A DNA stretch of 17,413 nt from Thermotogota bacterium (GTDB lineage: Bacteria > Bipolaricaulota > Bipolaricaulia > UBA7950 > UBA9294): the NCBI GenBank assembly GCA_039679545.1, contig JBDKUT010000068.1, positions 1-17,413 on the forward strand, in the 5' to 3' direction. The notes beneath the pieces were generated by a model. It did no database searches, was not told where the DNA came from, and was given only the letters and a program-made list of their open reading frames with translations. Below are positions 1 to 7,452 of the stretch, piece after piece. Both the position numbers and the translations under genes were made by a program. Position 1 is the first letter of the stretch; every line of letters begins with the position of its first letter.

Positions 1-2
1 TC

Positions 3-347
3 GCCGCGGTGCGAATCGCCGACGAGGTCGGCGCGCGGTTGATCGTGACCTCGACGTGGTCGGGGTACACGGCACGGCAGATCGCCCGGGAACGGCCGCA
101 TCAGACGATCGTCGCCCTCACGCCCAACGCCAAGGTCGAGAGACAGCTGGCGCTCGTGTGGGGCGTTGTCCCCGTCCTGGTTCCTCAGTACGAGGGGACG
201 GACGAGATGCTCCGAGTCGCGACAAAGTCGCTTCTCGAAGACAAGTACGCCGCCCCGGGAGAGCTCGTCGTCCTCTGTGCGGGGGTTCCCATCGGCGGCG
301 GAGGGACCACCAACTTCATCAAGGTCGAGCGGCTCGGCGCGGCCTGA
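3..347 (+). CDS. pyk: Pyruvate kinase, C-terminal alpha/beta domain (5'-truncated by window edge)
   Basis: Translation contains IVTSTWSGYTARQIARERP, LALVWGVVP and AGVPIGGGGTTNFIKV, matching PK_C domain hallmarks (TxSGxTA, LxWGV, GxTN). Confidence 0.93.
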   Translation, partial: AAVRIADEVGARLIVTSTWSGYTARQIARERPHQTIVALTPNAKVERQLALVWGVVPVLVPQYEGTDEMLRVATKSLLEDKYAAPGELVVLCAGVPIGGGGTTNFIKVERLGAA

Positions 348-386
348 GGCGCGAAGCGCACGCCCCAGGCCGACGCCGGCCACGGC

Positions 387-464
387 CTATCCCTTCACGA
401 GGATCGCGACGATTCCGATAGCAACCAACAACCCGGCGGCAATCCACAGGACGGTTGACTCCAT
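387..464 (-). CDS. Small single-pass membrane peptide, 25 aa (MESTVLWIAAGLLVAIGIVAILVKG)
   Basis: ATG at 464, TAG at 389-387. Strong SD AAGGAGGTG (477-469) overlaps the TGA of the upstream regulator gene. One uninterrupted hydrophobic stretch of about 19 aa. Below the size cut-off of the ORF track. Confidence 0.75.
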   Translation of the reverse strand: MESTVLWIAAGLLVAIGIVAILVKG

Positions 465-476
465 GCTCCACCTCCT

Positions 477-791
477 TCACTCCGGGAGATCCGCGAGCAG
501 CCCCTTCATTTGGCGGCGGTACTTGTCGAAGGCCTGCCTCCCCGCGTCGGTGAGCCTCACCATGGTGTGCGGCTTGCGGCCGAGGAAGTCCTTGACGATC
601 TCGACGTAGCCGGCCTCCTCGAGCTTCGACAAGTGCGACGAGAGGTTTCCCCACGTGAAGTCAGTGTTGTGCATGAGGAACACATAGTCGGCGCTTTCCA
701 CAACGTAGAGGTGCGCGACGAGCAGCAACCGCGCCGGCTCGTGGATGACGCGATCGATCTCGATTCTTCGGGGCTCCCTATCTCGCGTCAT
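477..791 (-). CDS. Winged-helix transcriptional regulator (HTH_34 / MarR-ArsR-like)
   Basis: IDRVIHEPARL, TWGNLSSHLSKLEEAGYVEIVKDFLGRKPHT and LTDAGRQAF are typical of this family. Overlaps the upstream membrane gene by 14 nt. Confidence 0.9.
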   Translation of the reverse strand: MTRDREPRRIEIDRVIHEPARLLLVAHLYVVESADYVFLMHNTDFTWGNLSSHLSKLEEAGYVEIVKDFLGRKPHTMVRLTDAGRQAFDKYRRQMKGLLADLPE

Positions 792-1449
792 GGGTGTCCT
801 CTTCAGCGTTCACGCCTTGCGCAAGAACAGGACGGGGAACCACCCGCAGGAACCGGACGTAGACGCCAATCCCTACCGCGAGGCTCACGCAGGCAGCGAC
901 GCCGTACACGATGGCCCCTCCAAACGGAAGCCGCGCTGGGAGCTTAACCACGATGTGGAGGAACTCCACGATCACGAACAGCCCCCCGTGCAGGAGAAGT
1001 CGAGGGTAGTCGAGGAACACGGCCAGTCCCCCTACCGGCACGAGGATGACGGCGGAGATGATCAGCCATGCGCCGATGTCGCCGGGGAGCGCAATCCCGA
1101 GTCCCTTGGATAGAGAGGTCAGGGCGACCAGACTTGCGGTGGCGAGGACGCATACGGCGAGCATGATGCGCATGGCTCGGGTACGACGTACGCGCCACGG
1201 GGCGAACTTGACGGTCCCGAGACGTGGCGCTACGTAGCGCCGCCGCATCCACATGGTGACGGCCACTTCGAGGAGCGCAAGCACGGTGAGCGCGGCGATC
1301 CGAGCCCACAGCGGAGTCCCCAGCTGATCGAGGATGGCCACCACTGCGGCAGCCAGCATGAGACCTCCAAACTGCACGTCCGTGAGCCCGTCCTGCTGGT
1401 ATGTCCGCCAGCTCTTTCGTTCGATGTCGCGTAGGCGAATCGAGTCCAT
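778..1449 (-). CDS. Hypothetical polytopic membrane protein (about 6 TM)
   Basis: 223-aa ORF with SD GGAGG upstream, alternating hydrophobic segments and a basic loop (YVAPRLGTVKF). Coupled to the HTH gene. Confidence 0.8.
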   Translation of the reverse strand: MDSIRLRDIERKSWRTYQQDGLTDVQFGGLMLAAAVVAILDQLGTPLWARIAALTVLALLEVAVTMWMRRRYVAPRLGTVKFAPWRVRRTRAMRIMLAVCVLATASLVALTSLSKGLGIALPGDIGAWLIISAVILVPVGGLAVFLDYPRLLLHGGLFVIVEFLHIVVKLPARLPFGGAIVYGVAACVSLAVGIGVYVRFLRVVPRPVLAQGVNAEEDTHDAR

Positions 1450-1460
1450 GAGTCATCCTC

Positions 1461-1500
1461 CAGAGTACTTTGTATTGCAGAGTTCTCTGTAGTGTACGGT
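1461..1500. promoter_or_regulatory. Putative operator: palindrome ACTTTG-N5-CAGAGT (1467-1483) with flanking half or degenerate sites at 17-bp spacing
   Basis: Inverted repeat seen directly. Preceded by half-site CAGAGT (1461-1466) and followed by TCTCTG-N5-TACGGT (1484-1500). AT-rich island lying over the -10/+1 region of the operon promoter. Confidence 0.65.
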
Positions 1501-1518
1501 TGCGGCGAGGGATGTCAA
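1491..1518 (-). promoter_or_regulatory. Sigma70-type promoter for the membrane protein / HTH / peptide operon
   Basis: Minus strand reads TTGACA (1518-1513), 16 nt, TACACT (1496-1491). Confidence 0.7.
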
Positions 1519-1588
1519 GGGAAGGCGGCGGCACGCCCACGCGCTGGACGCGGTCTTGCCTAGCTGTGCCGCGCAGAGGACGAGTCCA

Positions 1589-1617
1589 TTGACGAGGACT
1601 TGGCGGCCCGGCAGAAT
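1589..1617 (+). promoter_or_regulatory. Sigma70-type promoter driving the riboswitch-EamA transcript
   Basis: TTGACG (1589-1594), 17 nt, CAGAAT (1612-1617). Predicted +1 near 1623-1624 coincides with the 5' end of the aptamer. Confidence 0.6.
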
Positions 1618-1622
1618 CAGGA

Positions 1623-1736
1623 GCGCCGACCTGAGCGACTAGGGTTCCGCTGCGACGGCAGGCCTGGACCGAGCGTCGCAAGAGCCACCGTGCGTAGCAC
1701 CTGATCGGACAAGAGCCGGAAGGGAGTAGGCGGCAC
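1623..1736 (+). ncRNA. ykkC-yxkD family riboswitch aptamer (variant, subtype-2-like)
   Basis: Conserved blocks CTAGGGTTCCG (1639-1649), CTGGACCGAGCG (1664-1675) and CACC...CGG-ACAAGAG-CCG-GAAGG (1698-1723). Stems: P1 GCGAC/GTCGC, inner hairpin CTGC/GCAG, P3 CCT/AGG and CGG/CCG. Located in the 5' UTR of a transporter. Confidence 0.88.
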
Positions 1737-1777
1737 CGACAGCGCGCGGGGAACCCTGCGCGGAGGGGGTGTTGCGC

Positions 1778-2667
1778 ATGGACGGATCGTCTCACGGTCG
1801 TGCCGTTCTCGAAGCTCTCCTCGTGACGTTCCTCTGGTCCACCTCGTGGATTCTCATGCGGATCGGGCTCCGCGAGATCCCAGCGCTGACGTTCGCCGGT
1901 CTTCGGTACACGATAGCGGCGCTCGTCCTTCTGCCGGGGGTCTGGAGCGCCCGCCGCGAGCTGCGAGCTCTGCCGCGGCGGGACTGGAGACGGCTTGCGA
2001 CGCTTGGCGTCGTCTTCTACGCTTTCACGCAGGGCGGTGTCTTCCTCGCGTTGACGCGCCTCGAAGCGGCTTCGTTGAGCCTCGTGCTCTGCTTCACGCC
2101 GGCGCTCGTCGCGACCGCGGGGCTCGTGACGCTCCGGGAGAAGCCTGCGGCTGTGCAGTGGATCGGCTTGGCGCTCGGTGTCGGAGGAGTCCTTCTCTTC
2201 TTCTCCCCAACCTTCTCTCGCGGGGACGGGCTCGGATTCGCTCTCGCCGGGTTCGTACTGTGCGCGAACGCCGCCGCGTCCCTCCTTGGACGTTCGATCA
2301 ACCGTCGTCGTGTGGCGTCGCCGATCGTCGTCACGGCGATCAGCATGGGCGTCGGCGCCGTGCTCCTGCTCGGCGTGGGACTCGCAACACAGGGTTTGCC
2401 GAAGCTCTCGGCGACGGGGTGGGGCATCGTCGCTTGGCTCGCCGTCGTGAACACAGCGGTCGCGTTCACCCTTTGGAACCGGTCTCTGCGGGTTCTGTCT
2501 GCCGTCGAGTCGAGCACCATCAAAACACGATGGCGATCCAGATCGCCGCTCTCGCCTGGGTCTTCCTTGGCGAGGACCTCGGTGCCGTCGGGATAGTCGG
2601 CATCCTGACGACCGTGGCTGGGACGACGCTGGCCCAACTCCGTCGTGCGGAGCGCACGACGGAGTGA
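1778..2667 (+). pseudogene. EamA/DMT family transporter with a 1-nt frameshift near 2522-2525 (pseudogene or sequencing error)
   Basis: LLVTFLWSTSWIL, PALTFAGLRY and AFTLWNRSL occur in one frame. The C-terminus NTMAIQIAALAWVFLGEDLG continues in another frame to TGA 2667. SD GGAGG at 1762-1766, ATG at 1778. Confidence 0.85.
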
Positions 2668-2703
2668 TCGCGCTTGGGACTTCCACCGCGGGCGGGGGAC
2701 CGG

Positions 2704-3819
2704 CTATCCGGCCTCCTGTGCGCTCTGCCGCAGAACGAGGCTCGCGAGCACGATCGTGAGAACGACGAAGACGAGCACGCCGGCGAATCCGACAGGCTCT
2801 TCCCACGGCGCGAGCCCTTTGACCATCACGGCCCGCAGGAGGCGATTCGAATACGTCAGCGGCACGACGTACGACAAGGGGCGCAACACGGCGGGAATCG
2901 CTTGGATCGGCCACATCATCCCCGACAGAAGAACGGAAGGCAGGACAACGAGGGGGAAAAAGACGATCGCTTGCGATTCCGTCTGGGCCAGCGCCGAGAG
3001 GAGGGTCCCAAGCCCGACGCTTCCCACCGCAAACAGGATGACCGACACGAACGCCCACACAATCGACCCGTTGATCACGATGTCGAAGACAAGCTTCCCG
3101 ATCGAGAGGACCACGAGCGACTGCACCAAGGCGATCAGCCCGAACGCGAGGACGTACCCGAGGATGAACTCGCTTCGCCGCACAGGCGACACCCAGACGC
3201 GCGAGAACGTCCCGTCGACCTTCTCGCGCACGATCGATAGGAGCGTGAGAACCGTGCTGATCAGAGCGACGACGAGTCCCATGATCGCCGGGGCGAAGCT
3301 GTCGATGAACCGCACCTCGACGCCGTACAGCTCGCGGGTCTCGATGTTTATGGGCCCTCCCTCGCCGAGGTCCATGATCGCGTCGGCCAATCCCATGCTG
3401 ACCGTCGACGCGATCAACGGGTCCGACTCGTCGACGGTCAGATCGATCGTTCCCTGGGCGGTTGTCGCGACCCCCATCGCGAAGTGGGCGTAGTAGAGGC
3501 TCGTGAACTTGTCCGGAATGCGGATCACGGCCTGATACCCCTCCTTGAGGAGGAGCCGCTCGGGGTCGTTGCCCGGGGCGAGAACCGTGACGCGAAACGC
3601 ATCGTCCGCCTGCAAGTTCTCGAGGATCGACGCCGTGAGGTCGGTGTTGTCCTCATCGATGAACGCGGCGCGCACGCCGGTGATGTCGCCCGAGAACGAG
3701 TACCCAAAGAGAATCATGGCGATCGCCGGGAGGAGCAGCATGAACACGAGCACGCGCCGATCGTGCCACAGCTGGTGCAGAACTCGCTCCGTGACGGTGA
3801 GGATTCGGTAGAGCTTCAT
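2704..3819 (-). CDS. ABC-2 type transporter permease (YbhR/YbhS-like)
   Basis: N-terminal TM, extracytoplasmic domain, SIVREKVDGTFSRVWVSPV and LLSGMMWPIQAIP...PLTY motifs. ATG 3819 overlaps the ATPase stop (ATGA). Confidence 0.9.
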   Translation of the reverse strand: MKLYRILTVTERVLHQLWHDRRVLVFMLLLPAIAMILFGYSFSGDITGVRAAFIDEDNTDLTASILENLQADDAFRVTVLAPGNDPERLLLKEGYQAVIRIPDKFTSLYYAHFAMGVATTAQGTIDLTVDESDPLIASTVSMGLADAIMDLGEGGPINIETRELYGVEVRFIDSFAPAIMGLVVALISTVLTLLSIVREKVDGTFSRVWVSPVRRSEFILGYVLAFGLIALVQSLVVLSIGKLVFDIVINGSIVWAFVSVILFAVGSVGLGTLLSALAQTESQAIVFFPLVVLPSVLLSGMMWPIQAIPAVLRPLSYVVPLTYSNRLLRAVMVKGLAPWEEPVGFAGVLVFVVLTIVLASLVLRQSAQEAG

Positions 3820-4577
3820 CGAGAGCCTCCTGTCCCGTTTCGGGTCAAGACGAGGAACACGTCCTCCATGTCCGACGTGGCCGTCCCGCTCGCGGACGTG
3901 GCCCACGCCTTCAGATCGGCCGGTGCTCCCTCGGCGGCGAGCCGCCCTCGCTGGACGAGGCCGACCCGTCCGCACCGCTCGGCCTCGTGGACGTAGTGGG
4001 TCGAGACAAGCAGGGTCCGCCCTGCGTCGCTAAGGCCTCGGAAGTGCTCCCAGAACTCGATGCGCAACGCGGGATCGAGACCGATCGTCGGCTCGTCGAG
4101 GAGCAGCGCGTCGGGCTCGTGGACCAGGGTGCAGGCGAGGGACAGGCGCTGCTTCTCCCCTCCCGAGAGGCGGTCCGCGCGTTGCTTCATCCGGTCCGCG
4201 AGGTGCATGAGCGTGAGAAGCTCCCGCGTCCGACGCGCGACGTCGCGGCGGGTCATCCCGTAGATACGGCCGAAGAAGAGGAGGTTCTCGGCCACCGACA
4301 GGTCGCGGTACACGGCTCGCTCCTGCGGCATGTATCCGAATTGGCTCTCCACGGCGCGGCGCTCCTTCGGCATGAGGTGGCCCAGGAGCCGAGCCTCACC
4401 GCTCGTCGGCGTCGTCAGTCCGCACAGCATGCGGATCAACGTCGTCTTTCCTGCGCCGCTCGGGCCGACGAGCCCGTAGATCTCCCCGCGGCGAACGGCG
4501 ACCGTGATCCCATCGACGGCGTGAAGCTCCCCGAACGTCTTGACCAGGGACTGACCCTCAAACGTCGCGTCAGCCAT
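3816..4577 (-). CDS. ABC transporter ATP-binding protein (drug-exporter/CcmA-like)
   Basis: Walker A GPSGAGKT, signature LSGGE, Walker B LLLDEP, H-loop STHY. Start taken at ATG 4577 (MADATF). Confidence 0.95.
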   Translation of the reverse strand: MADATFEGQSLVKTFGELHAVDGITVAVRRGEIYGLVGPSGAGKTTLIRMLCGLTTPTSGEARLLGHLMPKERRAVESQFGYMPQERAVYRDLSVAENLLFFGRIYGMTRRDVARRTRELLTLMHLADRMKQRADRLSGGEKQRLSLACTLVHEPDALLLDEPTIGLDPALRIEFWEHFRGLSDAGRTLLVSTHYVHEAERCGRVGLVQRGRLAAEGAPADLKAWATSASGTATSDMEDVFLVLTRNGTGGSR

Positions 4578-5334
4578 TCGGCGCCTCCGTCGGAAGGGCG
4601 AAGAGCGCAGGATCGAGCCGTTCGTTGACGACCAACTCTTGGTACGTGATCTCATTTTTCAGGACGCCGTCCGCGTCGTAGGCCTCGACCCTCCGGGCGA
4701 GGAAGATACCGGGAGCAACCTCGACGACGTCTTGGATACGAACGTCAGCGATCAGGTTCCCGTCGACGTCGTACAGGAGGCGGCGGGTTGGGACGAAGGT
4801 CTCCGAATCGATCCACAGCTCGGTGGAGCCGTAGACGGCGTCGTCCGTCTTCGGAGTTCCGATCAGGTGGTACTTGCCGCCGTCAAGCCCGGCGAGCGTG
4901 AACTCGTAGTCGTTGAACTCATCCTGCACGTCGCGCAGGAGCTGCCGGAAGAGGAGCCACGGCTGCTCGGCCGTCGAGAGGTCCGATAGCTTTGTCGCGT
5001 GCCACGTCTCGTTCGCAGCGATGTAGACGAGCATCGCGTCGCCCACGATGAGGGTCATGTTGCCGGCCATGTAGTCGGGGGCGATGTACTCCTGCCGCAT
5101 CTTGTTCGGTTGTTCGAGGGAGAGCCTCATCTCCTGAATCAGGTTCACCTGCCCGTTCTTGAACGTGTGTACGACGATGCGGGCTTGGAGCGTCTCGATC
5201 GCCGTGGCGTTCGCGCGGAGGCGGTCGAGGACCTCGTCCGCCGACGTCAGCGTCTGCGCGCCGGCGGCCGACGACGCCAGAGCCACGCAGACCACGCTGA
5301 ACCATGCCAGCCTGGGAGTGAGTGCCTTGTTCAT
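4570..5334 (-). CDS. LolA-like / outer-membrane lipoprotein-sorting family secreted protein
   Basis: Signal peptide (ending AAGA-Q), QPNKMRQEYIAP, LWIDSETFVPTRRLLYDVDGNL and VNERLDPALF match the LolA-like fold pattern. Confidence 0.75.
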   Translation of the reverse strand: MNKALTPRLAWFSVVCVALASSAAGAQTLTSADEVLDRLRANATAIETLQARIVVHTFKNGQVNLIQEMRLSLEQPNKMRQEYIAPDYMAGNMTLIVGDAMLVYIAANETWHATKLSDLSTAEQPWLLFRQLLRDVQDEFNDYEFTLAGLDGGKYHLIGTPKTDDAVYGSTELWIDSETFVPTRRLLYDVDGNLIADVRIQDVVEVAPGIFLARRVEAYDADGVLKNEITYQELVVNERLDPALFALPTEAPNG

Positions 5335-5951
5335 CGCTTCTCCTTTGCTTGTTTCGCGGCCACGTAGCGACGGCCTTTCTCGGTGAGGAGTCCGTCGCCG
5401 TAGATCTTCTTGAGGGCGTCGACGAGGCCCGGCAGAGGGATTCGCGTCTCCAGGAGGACCTGGGGGGTGAGCGCCGAGCGAATGGTTGCCGTCAGGAGCA
5501 GGAACCAGTGCGCGGGATCGATGTCGTCCCGCACGTACCCGTCCAGCTGGGCCTGCGCCATCAGGGTTCGCAGGCGCGCGACGCGCTCGAGGCGCATCTT
5601 GTCGATCTTCTCCCAGAGGGAGGGCGCGATCCGTCCGACCTGCTCGATCACCGTCGTTTGGATCTGGGGCAGAAAGCGGGTCACGAGGTCGAGCGAAGCG
5701 ATGATCCGGTCCATCGCGGTCTCTTCCGTCTCGAGGACCTCATCCCATCGGGCGAGGTTTGCCTGGATGAATGAGACGACGATGGCCTCCACGAGCGCGT
5801 CTTTGCTCGGGAAGAGGTTGTAGAGCGTCTTCTTGCTCACGCGGGCACGGCGTGCGACCTCGTCGGTCGTGATCGCACGCAGCCCCTCCGAGAGGAGAAT
5901 CTGCCGCCCCGCACTCAGGATCTCGGCTTCTCGTGTCACCAGGTCCTCCAC
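5331..5951 (-). CDS. TetR/AcrR family transcriptional regulator
   Basis: N-terminal HTH GLRAITTDEVARRARVSKKTLYNLFPSKDAL. GTG start; stop overlaps the next ATG. Confidence 0.93.
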   Translation of the reverse strand: MEDLVTREAEILSAGRQILLSEGLRAITTDEVARRARVSKKTLYNLFPSKDALVEAIVVSFIQANLARWDEVLETEETAMDRIIASLDLVTRFLPQIQTTVIEQVGRIAPSLWEKIDKMRLERVARLRTLMAQAQLDGYVRDDIDPAHWFLLLTATIRSALTPQVLLETRIPLPGLVDALKKIYGDGLLTEKGRRYVAAKQAKEKR

Positions 5952-5990
5952 GGATACCGTTGAGTACCAAAATAGTACTCTAGAGTATCC
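5952..5990. promoter_or_regulatory. Putative TetR operator, 39-bp hyphenated palindrome
   Basis: GGATAC-N4-GAGTAC-N7-GTACTC-N4-GTATCC directly abutting the tetR start codon. Confidence 0.75.
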
Positions 5991-6001
5991 ACTCCGGTCA
6001 A
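5972..6001 (-). promoter_or_regulatory. Candidate sigma70 promoter of the tetR operon
   Basis: Minus strand TTGACC (6001-5996), 18 nt, TACTAT (5977-5972), overlapped by the palindrome. Confidence 0.5.
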
Positions 6002-6080
6002 GTGGGATGAAACGAGATCTCCGGAAGCGAGGTTGGTAGAGGGGAATCCCTCTCCCGCAACGGTCTCTGGAAGCCGACAG

Positions 6081-6428
6081 CTATGCTGTCTCGCCGAAGA
6101 CGTCCTTCATCACGTCCATGGCGAATCGAGCGCGCACGGTCGTTGCGCCGTTCCCCATCATGATGGCCACGTCGACCGCCTCGAGGACTTCTGCAAGGGT
6201 CGCGCCGTGCTCGACGGCCTTCTCGATGTGCCACTGCATGCAGGACTCGCAGTCGATCGTGATCGAGATGCCGACGGCGATCAGCTCCTTGTGCTTCCGG
6301 CTGAGCGCGGCGTCCGACATGATGGGATCGTCCATGTCGGACACGGCCTTGTAGCCCTTCGACTTGTGGGCGATGAACCAGGAGTAGGCCTCTTTGCGCT
6401 TGCGTTCGATCTCTCGCAGCTTGTCCAT
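6081..6428 (-). CDS. Carboxymuconolactone decarboxylase (CMD)/AhpD-like protein
   Basis: ALSRKHKELIAVGISITIDCESCMQWH...GAT..EVLEA with CxxC. SD GGAGG before ATG 6428. Confidence 0.88.
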   Translation of the reverse strand: MDKLREIERKRKEAYSWFIAHKSKGYKAVSDMDDPIMSDAALSRKHKELIAVGISITIDCESCMQWHIEKAVEHGATLAEVLEAVDVAIMMGNGATTVRARFAMDVMKDVFGETA

Positions 6429-6516
6429 GATTGACCTCCGGAGGGTTGGCGCCGTGCGTTTGCTACGCCGTTCACGGGTGATGTTGCCCGGTTCATCGGG
6501 GCGTCTCCAACGCACG

Positions 6517-7395
6517 CTAGGCGTCGAGCCAGTCCTCGATCAGTCGGCGCGCGATGGACTTCGCCGAGGCGAGGACGAGCGTTCCGTCCTGCGTTTCTCG
6601 GCGCACTTCGTCTCGTGCCATCCACGCGGCCGACTCGATCTCGCGCCCGTCCACGCGAATCTCGTCCCCGACCGACTCCGCGACGAATCCGACCATCAAG
6701 CTCATCGGAAACGGCCACGGCTGGGATCCGACGTAGGAGAGGGTCGCCAGACCCAGGCCCACCTCTTCTTTGACCTCTCGACGGACGGCGTCTTCGAACG
6801 ATTCACCCGGCTCGACGAACCCGGCGAGGATTGAGCGCAGGCCGGGTCGGTAGCCCGGTTGGCGGGCCAGAAGACATCGGCCTCCGTGGGTAATGCGAAC
6901 GATGACGGCGGGGTCCGTGCGCGGAAAGTGGAGCGCGCCGCACGTGGGACTCGAACAGACTCGCAGGTAGCCGGCGTCCCGCATCTCGGTCGGTGCGCCG
7001 CACGCCGAGCAGTACTGCGTGCGGGCGTTCCACGCGAGAAGGGCGCGAGCCTGGGCGAGAAGCGACCACGTCTCGATATCGACGGGGTCCTGAATGGGGC
7101 CGAGCGCGGCGAATCGACCGAACGACAGAAGGGCCGCTCGTGCCTCCTCCGGAAGACCGGCGACGTCGACCGCGAACCGCGGCGCGCCCTTGTCGAAGCC
7201 GAGGAACACGGACTCGGCGGTGTCCGCGCCGAGCTTCGTTAGGGTCTGCTCGGGCACGCCGGCCGGGGCAATCGATGGCCCCGACGTAAGGAGCGCGTCG
7301 GGGCCGGCGTACACGACGTAGCGAGAGTCGGCGGCGTGGCGCGCCGTGTTGACGAACGAGGCGTCCGCTCTCCGGTGATCGGATCGATCAATCAT
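6517..7395 (-). CDS. nudC: NAD(+)/NADH diphosphatase (Nudix)
   Basis: Zn ribbon CSAC...C..TC, FPRTDPAVIV, Nudix box GFVEPGESFEDAVRREVKEEVG and the NudC signature SQPWPFPMSLM. Confidence 0.95.
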   Translation of the reverse strand: MIDRSDHRRADASFVNTARHAADSRYVVYAGPDALLTSGPSIAPAGVPEQTLTKLGADTAESVFLGFDKGAPRFAVDVAGLPEEARAALLSFGRFAALGPIQDPVDIETWSLLAQARALLAWNARTQYCSACGAPTEMRDAGYLRVCSSPTCGALHFPRTDPAVIVRITHGGRCLLARQPGYRPGLRSILAGFVEPGESFEDAVRREVKEEVGLGLATLSYVGSQPWPFPMSLMVGFVAESVGDEIRVDGREIESAAWMARDEVRRETQDGTLVLASAKSIARRLIEDWLDA

Positions 7396-7452
7396 GGCCC
7401 TCCCTCGAACGGCCTTAGGGTACTTGGTCTCGCGCGTTTCGCGAGGACGGAC

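Noticed and set aside
348..386. GC hairpins between convergent pyk and the small peptide gene as intrinsic terminators
   Set aside because: Short stems without a U-tract on either strand.
1623..1736. Calling the element a canonical guanidine-I riboswitch
   Set aside because: It reads GACCGAGCG and CCGGAAGG rather than GUCCGAGAG and CCCGGGAG and has a potential P0 stem, so the ligand is left unassigned.
2519..2530. Programmed -1 frameshift in the EamA gene
   Set aside because: C AAA ACA is not a canonical X XXY YYZ slippery heptamer. A lost base explains the sequence more simply.
944..3058. 704-aa minus-strand ORF and many other long overlapping ORFs in the track
   Set aside because: Arg/Pro/Gly-rich, motif-less shadow frames expected in high-GC DNA. 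They overlap well-supported genes and the riboswitch.
6038..6053. AGAGGG-GAAT-CCCTCT hairpin downstream of the CMD gene
   Set aside because: 6-bp stem with no U-tract; not enough support for a terminator call.
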